This document shows positions 25,667-35,355 of a DNA stretch of 43,393 nucleotides, piece by piece. How positions within the stretch are numbered: the first letter of the stretch is position 1; each line of letters starts with the position of its first letter. Position numbers and translations under genes: made by a program. This DNA is from Candidatus Micrarchaeota archaeon (lineage in GTDB: Archaea; Micrarchaeota; Micrarchaeia; Micrarchaeales; CABMGC01): positions 8,145-51,537 of the forward strand of contig JAGDYD010000003.1 of assembly GCA_023256515.1 (NCBI GenBank). The letters run 5' to 3'. The notes under the pieces are model-generated. The model was not told the origin of the DNA. It searched no databases and worked only from the letters and a program-made list of their open reading frames with translations.

Positions 25667-28057
25667 TCAACCACTCAATTTCTTTTGCATGCCTTTGCCT
25701 TTTAGCTCATCCTCATTATATCCTAGCTCCTTAAGTATCTTAAGAGTAGCAGGTATCACTTGATGATCAATATAATATTCTGGATCATAGTCTTGTGCAA
25801 ATTCTTCAAGCTCTGCTTTCTCCGATATGCTATTTCCATGTTTTGTTATAACATAGCCTATAGTTGTGCCTTCTATATCTTCTACTTTCTTTTGTCCCCT
25901 TTCTATCGCTTTTTTTGCAGCAGCTAATTCCGGAGAAGTAACATCATAGCTCCTTATGCTTTTTCTAAGCTGCGTGTGTATTGCCAATTCTTTTATAGAA
26001 ACCTCCCCTTTCCTCAATCTTTCTATAACGCTCTTTACAATCTCTATCGCCTTCTCCTTGCTTCCTTCTTTGAGTATTGATTCAAGCACTCTTTTTTGGG
26101 TTTCTCTAGCTATATCTGCCCAATCCCTTCTCACAAGCTCAAATCCTTTTATCTTTATTCTTCCATTCTCTGAAAGCAAGGCATATTTCTTCTTTGCCCC
26201 TTGCTCTCCTGTCCTCTTGCCAACGAATACTCCACTGACATAGAAATCCTCAAGCTCTAATTCCATGCCTTTTGGTAGCATTGAATTTATTGCTTTGAGG
26301 AAATCAAAAACATCATCTTTTGTTTTGTTTTCAAGCAGCAAGAATACGCTATCTGTGTCTGTATACAATGACTTGAAGCCTCTTTTTTCAGCCTCATTTA
26401 TTACCATCATTATATACTGCCTTCCATATGCTGTTATGCTTCCTGCGCATTCTCTCGAATACCATCTAGACCTTGCATAGCCGAGGTAACCATAGAACGA
26501 GTTTGCAAGTATCTTTAATGCCATATTTCTTGCTCCAAGAGCTTTGTTGTCTGGATCTTTTTTATAAGCTTTTTTAACCTCTACTCTTTCGTCTATCAAG
26601 AATTTTAGCAGTTTAGGCGCTATGCCCATTGGCTCTTTCCTGAATTTAACACCAATGGGCGACTCATAGTAATCAGAACAATCATTGCAGATAGTTGATG
26701 GGTCTATGTTGTGGGCAACTATTATAGAAGGATACAAGCCTCTAAAATCTAGAACAGCTATGTTTTTGTATATCCCTGCTTCTGGCGTTTTTACATAAGC
26801 CCCCTCTACGGGATTAGATAATCTTCTTTCTATTTCTTCCTCATCTGGCTTGTTGGGTATTATTTGGTTATTTCTATGGGCTTCTCTCATAAAAAGCCAT
26901 TCTACAAGCTGCCCTGTTGTTGATATTGCCGCTTCCCCTAATGTTGTGCCGCTTACTTTAGCAACCTCTATCTCAAGGGGCAAAAAGAATTCATAAAGCT
27001 CATCTAAGACTAGGGAGTCTCCCATAGAATATTCTGCCAGCTCATCAAGCTCATTGCTGTCCCAAACCCGCCAAATGTCTCTTCTTTCAACCATCTTCTT
27101 CTTTTTTCCTGTAACTGCTGTATAAATCTCATCTAGTTTAAAATTATTCACTTTTATCAACTTTTCAGCAGCCCCTACGACAGAGACAAACTTTGCTACA
27201 TTATATATGTCTAGATTTATCCTGCCTGGTATATGCACAGCCTCAACAAGACCGTGATGCTCTTTCTTTACATCGCCTTCAAACCTGCCTATAGAGAAGT
27301 TTGCCTTCAATGCCTTGCTTCTTGATAGCAAATAGGGCAAGTCAAAATTGGATGAATTATAGCCTGCTATTATGTCTGGGTCTATCTCTTTTATTATGTT
27401 TGTAAAGCCTTGTATTAGCGCTTTTTCATTGTCAAAAACAAGAACAAAATCTTTTTCTATCTTCTTTGTAGTTAGTACCTTTTTATCTTGGCCATCTGTG
27501 TAGCTTATCATTATTACTGGATCTTTTTCTGGCCTTGGAGCTCCTTTTGGATTATACGTTTCTATATCAAAAGAAATATGGCTAAATTTTACTTCTTGAG
27601 TAGCTGAGCTTTCTATTTTATCTACAACTAGTTTGCTGTTTTCCTCATGTGCAGTAACCTTTACTCCTTGCAAAGGGTTTATTCCTTTGTCTATAATATA
27701 TCTCTTCCAAAATACTATGTCGTTTTCATAAACCTCTCCAAATTCTTTAAGTGCTTCGCTAAGTGAAGGTACATCCCTTGGGTTTTTTGTAAATATTTTG
27801 AAAGCCCTTACCTCTTTTCCGAGAATCGATAAGCTCTGCTCTTCAATATTTTCTACTTTTACATCTTCATTTAAAGAAAAGCCTAAAATAGCCTCTTTTT
27901 TAAGCTCACTGTTCCTAGGTATAAGGTAAAAATAAGGATAGAAGCTTGGGTCTATTACTTCATATACCTTATCTCCTGATTTAAGTGCAAACCTTATTAT
28001 CCCTCTGCCCTCTACTGTAAGATAGTCTATATCTAATAATATTCCCTCAAGCTCCAT
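25667..28057 (-). CDS. polB: family B DNA polymerase
   Basis: 796 aa. Exo I FDIETY, Exo II YNSSNFDLPYL, motif A DFRGLYPSII, motif B KILANSFYGYLGY, motif C YTDTDS. The motifs are contiguous, so no intein. Confidence 0.95.
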   Translation of the reverse strand: MELEGILLDIDYLTVEGRGIIRFALKSGDKVYEVIDPSFYPYFYLIPRNSELKKEAILGFSLNEDVKVENIEEQSLSILGKEVRAFKIFTKNPRDVPSLSEALKEFGEVYENDIVFWKRYIIDKGINPLQGVKVTAHEENSKLVVDKIESSATQEVKFSHISFDIETYNPKGAPRPEKDPVIMISYTDGQDKKVLTTKKIEKDFVLVFDNEKALIQGFTNIIKEIDPDIIAGYNSSNFDLPYLLSRSKALKANFSIGRFEGDVKKEHHGLVEAVHIPGRINLDIYNVAKFVSVVGAAEKLIKVNNFKLDEIYTAVTGKKKKMVERRDIWRVWDSNELDELAEYSMGDSLVLDELYEFFLPLEIEVAKVSGTTLGEAAISTTGQLVEWLFMREAHRNNQIIPNKPDEEEIERRLSNPVEGAYVKTPEAGIYKNIAVLDFRGLYPSIIVAHNIDPSTICNDCSDYYESPIGVKFRKEPMGIAPKLLKFLIDERVEVKKAYKKDPDNKALGARNMALKILANSFYGYLGYARSRWYSRECAGSITAYGRQYIMMVINEAEKRGFKSLYTDTDSVFLLLENKTKDDVFDFLKAINSMLPKGMELELEDFYVSGVFVGKRTGEQGAKKKYALLSENGRIKIKGFELVRRDWADIARETQKRVLESILKEGSKEKAIEIVKSVIERLRKGEVSIKELAIHTQLRKSIRSYDVTSPELAAAKKAIERGQKKVEDIEGTTIGYVITKHGNSISEKAELEEFAQDYDPEYYIDHQVIPATLKILKELGYNEDELKGKGMQKKLSG

Positions 28058-28102
28058 GCCAAATATAAAGAATTTTAAAAAATAAAAAGAAAGTGGTCTA
28101 GA

Positions 28103-28519
28103 TTATTTCTTCTCTCCACTTTCCTGAAGCTTTGCTCTTGTAAGAGGAAGAGGCGCAACAAAGCCTATTGAATAGGCAAGCAATGTTCCTCTTGCTCCAC
28201 ACTCAAAGTTCAATAGGTTTATTATATTCTCAGCAAACTGCAATGGAAGTGTCTTCTTGTTCTTCCACGCATCATTTATCTCTTCGATGCTCTTCTTGTC
28301 TTCTTTGGATGTTATGCTGCCCTTTATCTTTATTTCTCCCACATTCTTTGGATTCCCTTCTGATCCACCTTCGTATGTTGTAACGAATGTAAAGTCAACC
28401 TGTACGTTGTCTTGGTTTACTGTAACATTGTCAAAGTTTATATTGAACTTCATGTTTGTTATCATGTCTTTTGCAAGCCTAGATGCTTCTACTTTGCTTA
28501 TGTCTATTCCAGTTATCAT
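28103..28519 (-). CDS. hypothetical protein
   Basis: I prefer the internal ATG at 28519 (MITGIDISK...), which has a GTGAT SD 4 nt upstream. The 161-aa track ORF starts at 28588. No family recognised. Confidence 0.5.
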   Translation of the reverse strand: MITGIDISKVEASRLAKDMITNMKFNINFDNVTVNQDNVQVDFTFVTTYEGGSEGNPKNVGEIKIKGSITSKEDKKSIEEINDAWKNKKTLPLQFAENIINLLNFECGARGTLLAYSIGFVAPLPLTRAKLQESGEKK

Positions 28520-28653
28520 AAAATCACTCTCTACATATATTTCAAATATTGATTTATATATCTTTTGATTACCTCTTTTTTTATACAATAGGCAAAGTCT
28601 ATTTTGAACAATTAATATTAAATTGTTTATATTTCTATTATATAAGGGTAGAA

Positions 28654-29433
28654 ATGAAGAAAATAACTTATTTGTTAGTATTTTTCATTGCATTTGTGCT
28701 TATTGCTAAAGTATCTAATGCATATTTCAATGTAACTTATCTTAACACAACAGTAATATTAGAAAATAATACAAGCGCACATGTCATAGAGGTGCTTACT
28801 CTATTTATAAGTAATTCTTCTGTCCAGCAATATATGCAGTATAGGCAGGCAATAAATTTGACCTTAAGCAACTGGGGAAATGCACTAGGCACAAGCTATC
28901 TTATAGAACATATAATAAATCCAAATTCAAGCATATCTAAATTTACATTTTTACCTGGGCCTGTAATGAGGAATATTAATGGCAGCGGCCTTGCATATCT
29001 GACTATGGATTATTATGTTGGAAATGTTACTACAAAGAGCATAATAGCACCAAGAAAGTTCGAATATACATTCAACGACAAGGTATTCAATTTTATGCAT
29101 ACAGCAAGCGGCGAAGCCCTTTATCCAAATAGCAGGCTAAATATAATAATACCTAAAGATGCGCAAGTTGTCTCTATATATCCTGCTCCAGATTATCCTG
29201 TACCTTCATCCCCAGGAAACTACACAGGCTATACAGAATTTTCATGGTTTTATGGCGAGCCATTATCAAAGTTCTCATTTTCATATATAATAACAGAGTC
29301 TTTGCAGCAGGAGGTTGTTAGCTACTTTGGTGCATTGCTAAGCAAATATGGGACTATAATCTACGCTTCTCTTATAGCAATCATAGTAATAATTATAATT
29401 TATTTATACATTAAAATAGTTCTAGTTAGGTGA
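28654..29433 (+). CDS. secreted, sequon-rich protein with a C-terminal membrane anchor
   Basis: The ATG at 28654 gives the signal peptide MKKITYLLVFFIAFVLIAKVSNA. There are at least 9 N-x-S/T sequons and a C-terminal TM (IIYASLIAIIVIIIIYLYI). The track ORF start at 28549 adds an implausible leader. Confidence 0.6.
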   Translation: MKKITYLLVFFIAFVLIAKVSNAYFNVTYLNTTVILENNTSAHVIEVLTLFISNSSVQQYMQYRQAINLTLSNWGNALGTSYLIEHIINPNSSISKFTFLPGPVMRNINGSGLAYLTMDYYVGNVTTKSIIAPRKFEYTFNDKVFNFMHTASGEALYPNSRLNIIIPKDAQVVSIYPAPDYPVPSSPGNYTGYTEFSWFYGEPLSKFSFSYIITESLQQEVVSYFGALLSKYGTIIYASLIAIIVIIIIYLYIKIVLVR

Positions 29434-29438
29434 AATAG

Positions 29439-30902
29439 GTGCACAAGTATCTTGCTTCTATATTAAAACTACTTCAAAAAGAAAAAAAAGCTTCAATTGA
29501 AAAAATTGTTGAAGAAACTGGATTAAGCAAAGATGCTGTAATATGGGCCATAAGCGAATTGGAGAGCAAAGGTCTTGTTTCAATTAAAAAAGGTAGCTCT
29601 GAAAGCATTTATTTTTCTGAAGAAGGCAAATCATATGCAGAAGGCAAGCTTCCTGAAGAAGAGCTTCTTGAAAGAATAAGCAAAGAGAATGTAAAAGTGA
29701 GCGAATTAAGTCCAAAAGAAAGGATAGGCTTACAGTGGCTTAAAGCAAAAGGCTTGGTAGATATCAAAGAAGGCTTTTTGATAAAGAAAGAAAATACAAA
29801 AGACGCAGAAATAGAAGAGGGCAAAGTCTTAAGGCTCTTATTTAGCAAACCAGAAGATATAAGCATTATAAGATCAAATTACAAGGATGCTTTCGAAAAT
29901 CTTTTGAAAAGGAAGCTAATAAGCATAAAAAGCAAAGAGTATATAGAAAGTGTAGAGATCACAAAGAGCGGAGAATCTGAAAAAATAGAAGATAGCGAGG
30001 AAATAGGTGAATTGAGCAAAGAAATAATAGAAAGCAGTATTTGGAAAAAAGCAAGCTTCAAAAAATACGATATAAAAATACCAGTGGCAGCGGCAATAGG
30101 GGCAAAAAGGCATCCTCTAAGAAGTTTTATAGATGAAATTAAGAATGCATACCTAAGCATGGGTTTTAAAGAGATATCTGGTCCAATAATAGAGCCATCT
30201 TTCTGGGTGTTTGATTCTCTTTTTGTACCACAGGACCATCCTGCAAGAGAAATGCAAGACACTTTCTATCTGAAAAATCCTGGAAAAATAAATCTAAAAG
30301 ATAAAAAAATAGTCGGAAAGGTAAAAGCGATGCATGAAAAAGCCTGGCATATAAATTGGTATGAAGAGATAGCAGAGCAAGCAGTGCTAAGAACCCATAC
30401 AACAAGCGTATCTGCCAGATTTATATACGCGCTAAAAAATAATTTAAAAGAAATGAATAAAATATCGGGAGTTACTCCTCTAATGCTTTTTTCTATAGGG
30501 CGCGTTTTTAGGAATGAAAGCATAGACTATAAGCATCTTGCAGAGTTTTACCAGACAGATGGTATAATAATAGGCACAGGATTAACCCTTTCAAATCTTT
30601 TCTATATACTTAAAAAAATCTACCAAAAAATAGGCATAGAGATAAGATTCAAGCCTTCATATTTCCCTTTTGTAGAACCAGGAGTAGAGGTTGACATACT
30701 GCATAATGGCGAATGGTTCGAGCTTGGCGGGGCAGGCATGATTAGAAAAGAGATAACAGACATAGTAAGCAAAAAAATAAATGTACTCGCATGGGGTTTG
30801 GGGGTAGAAAGAGCCTTGATGGTTAAAGATCCTAGCATCAAATCGATAACAGAGCTTTTCAACAGCAATTTGGGATGGATAAGGAATAAGGTGATTCTAT
30901 AG
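29439..30902 (+). CDS. pheS: phenylalanine--tRNA ligase alpha subunit
   Basis: 487 aa. Motifs: HPLRSFIDEI, QDHPAREMQDTFYL, LRTHTTSV, GRVFRNESIDYKHLAEFYQTDG, GAGMIR, AWGLGVERA. GTG start with an AGGTGA SD. Confidence 0.95.
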   Translation: MHKYLASILKLLQKEKKASIEKIVEETGLSKDAVIWAISELESKGLVSIKKGSSESIYFSEEGKSYAEGKLPEEELLERISKENVKVSELSPKERIGLQWLKAKGLVDIKEGFLIKKENTKDAEIEEGKVLRLLFSKPEDISIIRSNYKDAFENLLKRKLISIKSKEYIESVEITKSGESEKIEDSEEIGELSKEIIESSIWKKASFKKYDIKIPVAAAIGAKRHPLRSFIDEIKNAYLSMGFKEISGPIIEPSFWVFDSLFVPQDHPAREMQDTFYLKNPGKINLKDKKIVGKVKAMHEKAWHINWYEEIAEQAVLRTHTTSVSARFIYALKNNLKEMNKISGVTPLMLFSIGRVFRNESIDYKHLAEFYQTDGIIIGTGLTLSNLFYILKKIYQKIGIEIRFKPSYFPFVEPGVEVDILHNGEWFELGGAGMIRKEITDIVSKKINVLAWGLGVERALMVKDPSIKSITELFNSNLGWIRNKVIL

Positions 30903-32524
30903 CCGTAGTAACTTTTGAGAAAAAATACCTATTCGAATTTGTAGGGAAGAAGATAAGCGACAAAAGGCTAATTAAATATGTAAATGACCTTGGCATGAGT
31001 GTTGAGGGTTTAAGGAAAGAGGAGATAGATATAGATGTAACGCCGAACAGGCCTGATTTGCTTGACATAGTTGGCTTTGCAAGGGCACTTAGAAATTATA
31101 TGCATTTCCACGAAAAGCTTGTTTATAAAATAGACTCTAATGAAATAGCAGCTACAATAACCGTTGACAAAAGTGTAGAAAATGTCAGGCCTTATATATC
31201 TTCTTTTGTTGTCAGAGAACTCAATCTTGATGATAAAAAGCTAAAGTATATTATAAATTTTACAGAGAAGTTCAGCGAAACCTTTGGTAGAAAAAGAGGA
31301 AAGTTGGCAATGGGTTTGCACGATTTTTCAAAAGTAAAAGGAAATCTAAAATACGAGGCAGTTCCAGGCGGCAGGTTTGTGCCGCTCAATTCTAGCAAAG
31401 AGATGGAAATAGAAGAGATAATGTCTTCGCACAAGAAAGGAGGGCTTTATAAGCACACTATAAGTGGCTCTTTATACCCTGTATTGCAGGACCAAATAGG
31501 AATAATGTCTCTCATACCTATAATAAATTCAGATAGGACAAAAGTTACTAAAGATACAAAGGAAATGCTTGTTGATATAACAGGTACATCTAAATATATA
31601 GTAGAAAAAGCAGCTGACTTGTTTGCATGCATGTTCATAGACCTTGGGGCAAAAGTAGAAAAAGTAAATATAAAATATGATAAAAAATCTATTTCAACGC
31701 CAAAAATGGAGCAAAAAATTATAGAAATAAAGCCAGGCAGAATAGAAGACCATATAGGTGCAGCAATAGGTTTCAACAATATACTCTCATTGGCCACTAA
31801 AATGGGCTATAAGGGGGTATTTGTAAACAACAAAATAAGGGTTTTTGTTCCTCCTTATAGGCTAGATGTAATAAACGAACAAGATGTAATAGAAGATATA
31901 GCAATAGGATATGGCTATGGTTACATACACCCCTTGCCTATATTTAGCGAAATCTCTGGAGGCAGCTTGGATTACAAAACAAACATGAACAGGAAGATAA
32001 TAGAGCTTATGCTGGGATTAGGCTTCTCAGAAGCAAATAATAATTATCTTACCAATGAAAAAATAAATTTTCAAATGATGCGAATAAAAGAAGGGCCGCA
32101 TGTTGAAATAAAAGAGTCTAAGACAGAATCAATAACAATGCTCAGAACTTGGCTCTTGCCCTCTCTTTTATCCAACCTTGGCTCCTCGGCTCATGAGAGA
32201 ATGCCGCAAAAGATTTTCGAATTGGATATGGTTTTCAATATAAAAGGGGAAGAGGTAGAAGAATCACATCATTTAGCAGGAGTGTATGCCGCTCCAAGGG
32301 TAAATTTTAATGAGATTAAATCCATAATAGAGTCAATTTTTGATTCTCTTGGGATTAGCTACGAAATAAAAGAAGAGAAGATGGAATCTTTTATAGAAGG
32401 TAGGTGTGCAAAAATAGAATCAAAGCTCTTAAATGGGTTCTTTGGAGAGCTGCATCCAGAGGTAATTAGAAATTTCGGCATCATAGAGCCAACTGTTGCT
32501 TTTGAGCTTTCATTGCCATATTAA
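30899..32524 (+). CDS. pheT: phenylalanine--tRNA ligase beta subunit (probable ATA start)
   Basis: It has TPNRPDLL and the archaeal PheT layout. The conserved N-terminal region (AVVTFEKKYLFEFVGKKISDKRLIKYVNDLG) lies upstream of the first ATG at 30995. The frame opens at 30890 and contains no ATG/GTG/TTG. A GGTGAT SD at 30890-30895 is followed 3 nt later by ATA at 30899. Confidence 0.85.
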   Translation: MAVVTFEKKYLFEFVGKKISDKRLIKYVNDLGMSVEGLRKEEIDIDVTPNRPDLLDIVGFARALRNYMHFHEKLVYKIDSNEIAATITVDKSVENVRPYISSFVVRELNLDDKKLKYIINFTEKFSETFGRKRGKLAMGLHDFSKVKGNLKYEAVPGGRFVPLNSSKEMEIEEIMSSHKKGGLYKHTISGSLYPVLQDQIGIMSLIPIINSDRTKVTKDTKEMLVDITGTSKYIVEKAADLFACMFIDLGAKVEKVNIKYDKKSISTPKMEQKIIEIKPGRIEDHIGAAIGFNNILSLATKMGYKGVFVNNKIRVFVPPYRLDVINEQDVIEDIAIGYGYGYIHPLPIFSEISGGSLDYKTNMNRKIIELMLGLGFSEANNNYLTNEKINFQMMRIKEGPHVEIKESKTESITMLRTWLLPSLLSNLGSSAHERMPQKIFELDMVFNIKGEEVEESHHLAGVYAAPRVNFNEIKSIIESIFDSLGISYEIKEEKMESFIEGRCAKIESKLLNGFFGELHPEVIRNFGIIEPTVAFELSLPY

Positions 32525-32528
32525 AGAT

Positions 32529-33497
32529 CTATAACTCTCCTTCCAATATACATTCTTTTGCAGGTTTGTCACTTCTTATTCTTACAAACGACGGCGCCCT
32601 CAACATTTTGTCTTTTGTTATCTCCATGTATTTTACTTCTACAACAACCTCTGGCTTTACCATAAAAGCTTTTTTATCTTTGCCTAGCCTTAAATCGATA
32701 TTGTAGTTGTACCTGCCGAGTTTTTTAAGCATAGCTAAAATTTCCTTTCTCTTCTCTTCATCAAAGCCTGTACCAATTCTCCCTATGTATTTGATTTTAC
32801 CCTTTTCATAAACTCCTAAAAGGAGAGCACTTAAATCTTCTTTATCGCTAGCTATGTAGCCTATAACAACAGCATCTAAAGTATTTGTTGCCTTTATCTT
32901 TAGCCAATCTTTGCTTCTGCCTTGCTGGTAAAAAGAATCTATCTTCTTTGCCATTATCCCTTCAAGGCCTTTCCTCTTTATTTTTGAAAAGAATTCTTTT
33001 CCTTTTCCAATTACATACCTTGAATATATCAGATAATTATCTTCACTTAAAGTCTCTTCTAATAACTTCTTTCTCTCAATGAGTGGTCTATTCAAAAGGT
33101 CTTCGCCATTTAAATGCAGTATATCAAATGCCACATAAACAGCAGGGCTAATTTTTGAAAAGAGCTCTATTTTAGAGGCGTTTTCTGTTTGCTCCCTTTT
33201 TTCAAGTTCGTAAAAATCTGGCTTTCCATCTTTGAATACAACCACTTCTCCATCCAATATTGCCCTTTTTGCATTTATGTTATCTAATAAATTTGAGAAC
33301 TCTGGGTATCTATATTGGAAAAATTTGCCTCTTCTATTGAGGAGCATTAATTTTTTATTTTCATTATCTAAATACGCTATGCCTCTGGTTCCATCATACT
33401 TTATCTCCATTAGATAATCTTTCGAATCAAAAGGCTTTGCTGGGAAAGCAAGCATTGGCTTTATAAGAACAGGCTCATTATCCCAAAGGCTCATCAA
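32529..33497 (-). CDS. ATP-dependent DNA ligase, minimal LigD/LigC-like (nucleotidyltransferase plus OB, no N-terminal DNA-binding domain)
   Basis: 322 aa. Motif I EIKYDGTRG (KxDG), motif III VAFDILHLNG, motif IV EGIMAK, motif V DWLKIK. It starts 1 nt after the ku stop. Confidence 0.85.
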   Translation of the reverse strand: MMSLWDNEPVLIKPMLAFPAKPFDSKDYLMEIKYDGTRGIAYLDNENKKLMLLNRRGKFFQYRYPEFSNLLDNINAKRAILDGEVVVFKDGKPDFYELEKREQTENASKIELFSKISPAVYVAFDILHLNGEDLLNRPLIERKKLLEETLSEDNYLIYSRYVIGKGKEFFSKIKRKGLEGIMAKKIDSFYQQGRSKDWLKIKATNTLDAVVIGYIASDKEDLSALLLGVYEKGKIKYIGRIGTGFDEEKRKEILAMLKKLGRYNYNIDLRLGKDKKAFMVKPEVVVEVKYMEITKDKMLRAPSFVRIRSDKPAKECILEGEL

Positions 33498-33498
33498 T

Positions 33499-34260
33499 TC
33501 ACTTTTCTTTTAAGCTTTCAGTCAAGCTTTCTATCAGGCTTTTTGCTTTCTTTGTTTCTTTCTCTGCTTTTACCTCATAGCTCTTACCTGCAGTCTTTGC
33601 TTCTATTAGTTTTTTGAGGGCTTCTGCATACTCGTCTTTAAAGTTCGACAAGTCGAATTCTTCCCTGCTAAGCTTATTTATTAGCATCTGAGCAAGCTCT
33701 AGCTCCTTTTTATCTGGCTTTGGTAATTTTTCAACTTCTGCCAAATTATCTATGCTGATTATCTCTTCTGCATAATGCAAAGTTTGTACCAAAATTAGCT
33801 TTTTGTAAGCCCTTAGCGCAACAACGTGCTCCTTGTCTTTGAATGTGAATTTCCCTATTCCTGTTTTGTTTTCCAATGCCAAGGCCTGAAAAAGAAGCGA
33901 ATAAGCCCTCTCTCCATTTTTGTCTGGAACGGCGTAATAGCTTTTATCAAAATATATTGGATCTATTTGCTCATTTGTAAATGCTTTTATCTCAATTGTT
34001 TTAGTTGAAGGTATCTTTATTTTTTCAAGATCCTCTTTATCCAAAACTACAAATTTGTCTTTGCTTATCTCAAAGCCTTTTTTAATTTCTTGCCATGAAA
34101 CCTCTCTATCTTCTTCTGGGCACCATCTCTTGTAGATAATCCTGTGCCCATTTTTGCAAAGCGTATGTAAAGGTATTTCCCTTTCCCTAACTGCTAAGTA
34201 TAGCCTAATTGGTATATTTACAAGCCCGAAGCCTATGGAACCATTCCATACGCTCTTCAT
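33499..34260 (-). CDS. ku: Ku protein (bacterial-type NHEJ end-binding protein)
   Basis: 253 aa. It has the typical WNGSIGFGLVNIPIRLY N-terminus, IDPIYFDKSYYAVPDK, and a Lys-rich C-terminal tail. Confidence 0.9.
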   Translation of the reverse strand: MKSVWNGSIGFGLVNIPIRLYLAVREREIPLHTLCKNGHRIIYKRWCPEEDREVSWQEIKKGFEISKDKFVVLDKEDLEKIKIPSTKTIEIKAFTNEQIDPIYFDKSYYAVPDKNGERAYSLLFQALALENKTGIGKFTFKDKEHVVALRAYKKLILVQTLHYAEEIISIDNLAEVEKLPKPDKKELELAQMLINKLSREEFDLSNFKDEYAEALKKLIEAKTAGKSYEVKAEKETKKAKSLIESLTESLKEK

Positions 34261-34298
34261 AAACCCACGATATAATATCTGAAGAAAAAGATAAAAGA

Positions 34299-35258
34299 CT
34301 AAGCAGAAAGGCTTTCATTGTATATTTGGAGAAAGCTGTACCAAGCTTCGCTTGGCTTGCCCTGTGGGTTTGTTAGATTCAACAAGCCAAAATTGTTTTC
34401 CTCTTGGCCGTCAGATAAGCCCCAAAGGTCATACCAATATGCTCTTTTTATGTATGGTATTTTGCTAAAGAATAAGAAGCTATTTACAAGGAAATAGTTT
34501 TGTTCTCCTTGGCTGAGCCCTTGTATAGCCAAAGATGAAGATGGCATTCCAAATTCTGTTATCCAAATGGGCTTGTTTGTCATGTTTTCATAAGCATTTA
34601 TCCATGCATACCAATAGCCGAATTGATTGCTAGAAAAAGGAAGGCTAGGGTATATATGCAATGATATCGCATTGCAATACTTGCCAGCTCCATAATTCCA
34701 AACCTCTTTATACCATGAAAATATGCTGTCGCTTCCTATAGGTGCACCACCAAAGCACACAATCGTTGCATTAGGCTGATATTTTCTTATTATTTTGGTT
34801 GCACTTTCTATCAGCAGATAATAATTGTATGCACTGCCATTCGCAAAACCAGTTTGAAACATGCTAACATAAGGTTCGTTCCATATCTCCCATGTATTTA
34901 TCCAAGGATAATTCTTAACAGCTTCTTCTATACTCTGATTCCATTGATTTAAGCTCCAGTTTTTGTTGCTTATGCCTCCTGGAAGTGTTGAATAATCCAG
35001 TATTCCAAGATAATTTGCGCCAAGCGTATGTTCTTCATCTAGAAGAGTAATTTGGCTATTTGAATTTGATATATCTGTTCTGAAATATTTGACACCATGC
35101 TCTATTGCAAACATTTCTGAGCTTTTGTTTCCATGTGTGCACACCCCTGCAAAAAAGTCTAGTTTGTTTTGGTTTGCTTGGGGCTTTGCCAAAAGATAAG
35201 CAATCGAGGCAACAATTAATATTGCAAAAGAAAGAAGCAATAGGAAATGTTTTTTCAT
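34299..35258 (-). CDS. secreted/anchored clan GH-A (TIM-barrel) glycoside hydrolase
   Basis: It has the acid/base motif WEIWNEP and the nucleophile motif WITEFG. The signal/anchor MKKHFLLLLSFAILIVASIAYLLA starts at the ATG at 35258 (track start is 35321). Confidence 0.7.
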   Translation of the reverse strand: MKKHFLLLLSFAILIVASIAYLLAKPQANQNKLDFFAGVCTHGNKSSEMFAIEHGVKYFRTDISNSNSQITLLDEEHTLGANYLGILDYSTLPGGISNKNWSLNQWNQSIEEAVKNYPWINTWEIWNEPYVSMFQTGFANGSAYNYYLLIESATKIIRKYQPNATIVCFGGAPIGSDSIFSWYKEVWNYGAGKYCNAISLHIYPSLPFSSNQFGYWYAWINAYENMTNKPIWITEFGMPSSSLAIQGLSQGEQNYFLVNSFLFFSKIPYIKRAYWYDLWGLSDGQEENNFGLLNLTNPQGKPSEAWYSFLQIYNESLSA

Positions 35259-35355
35259 GAGTTTAAATTGCTTATAAAGATTTTTATTTGTAAATGCAAA
35301 TCCAATCAAAAAATGCATCATTAAGACATTAGTAATCTTAATACTGGGTTATACA

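Noticed and set aside
15539-28057. Looked for inteins in DP2 and PolB, which are common insertion sites in archaeal polymerases
   Set aside because: Both proteins have ordinary lengths (1142 and 796 aa). Their catalytic motifs are contiguous, with no Cys/Ser...HN splice-junction blocks or homing-endonuclease motifs.
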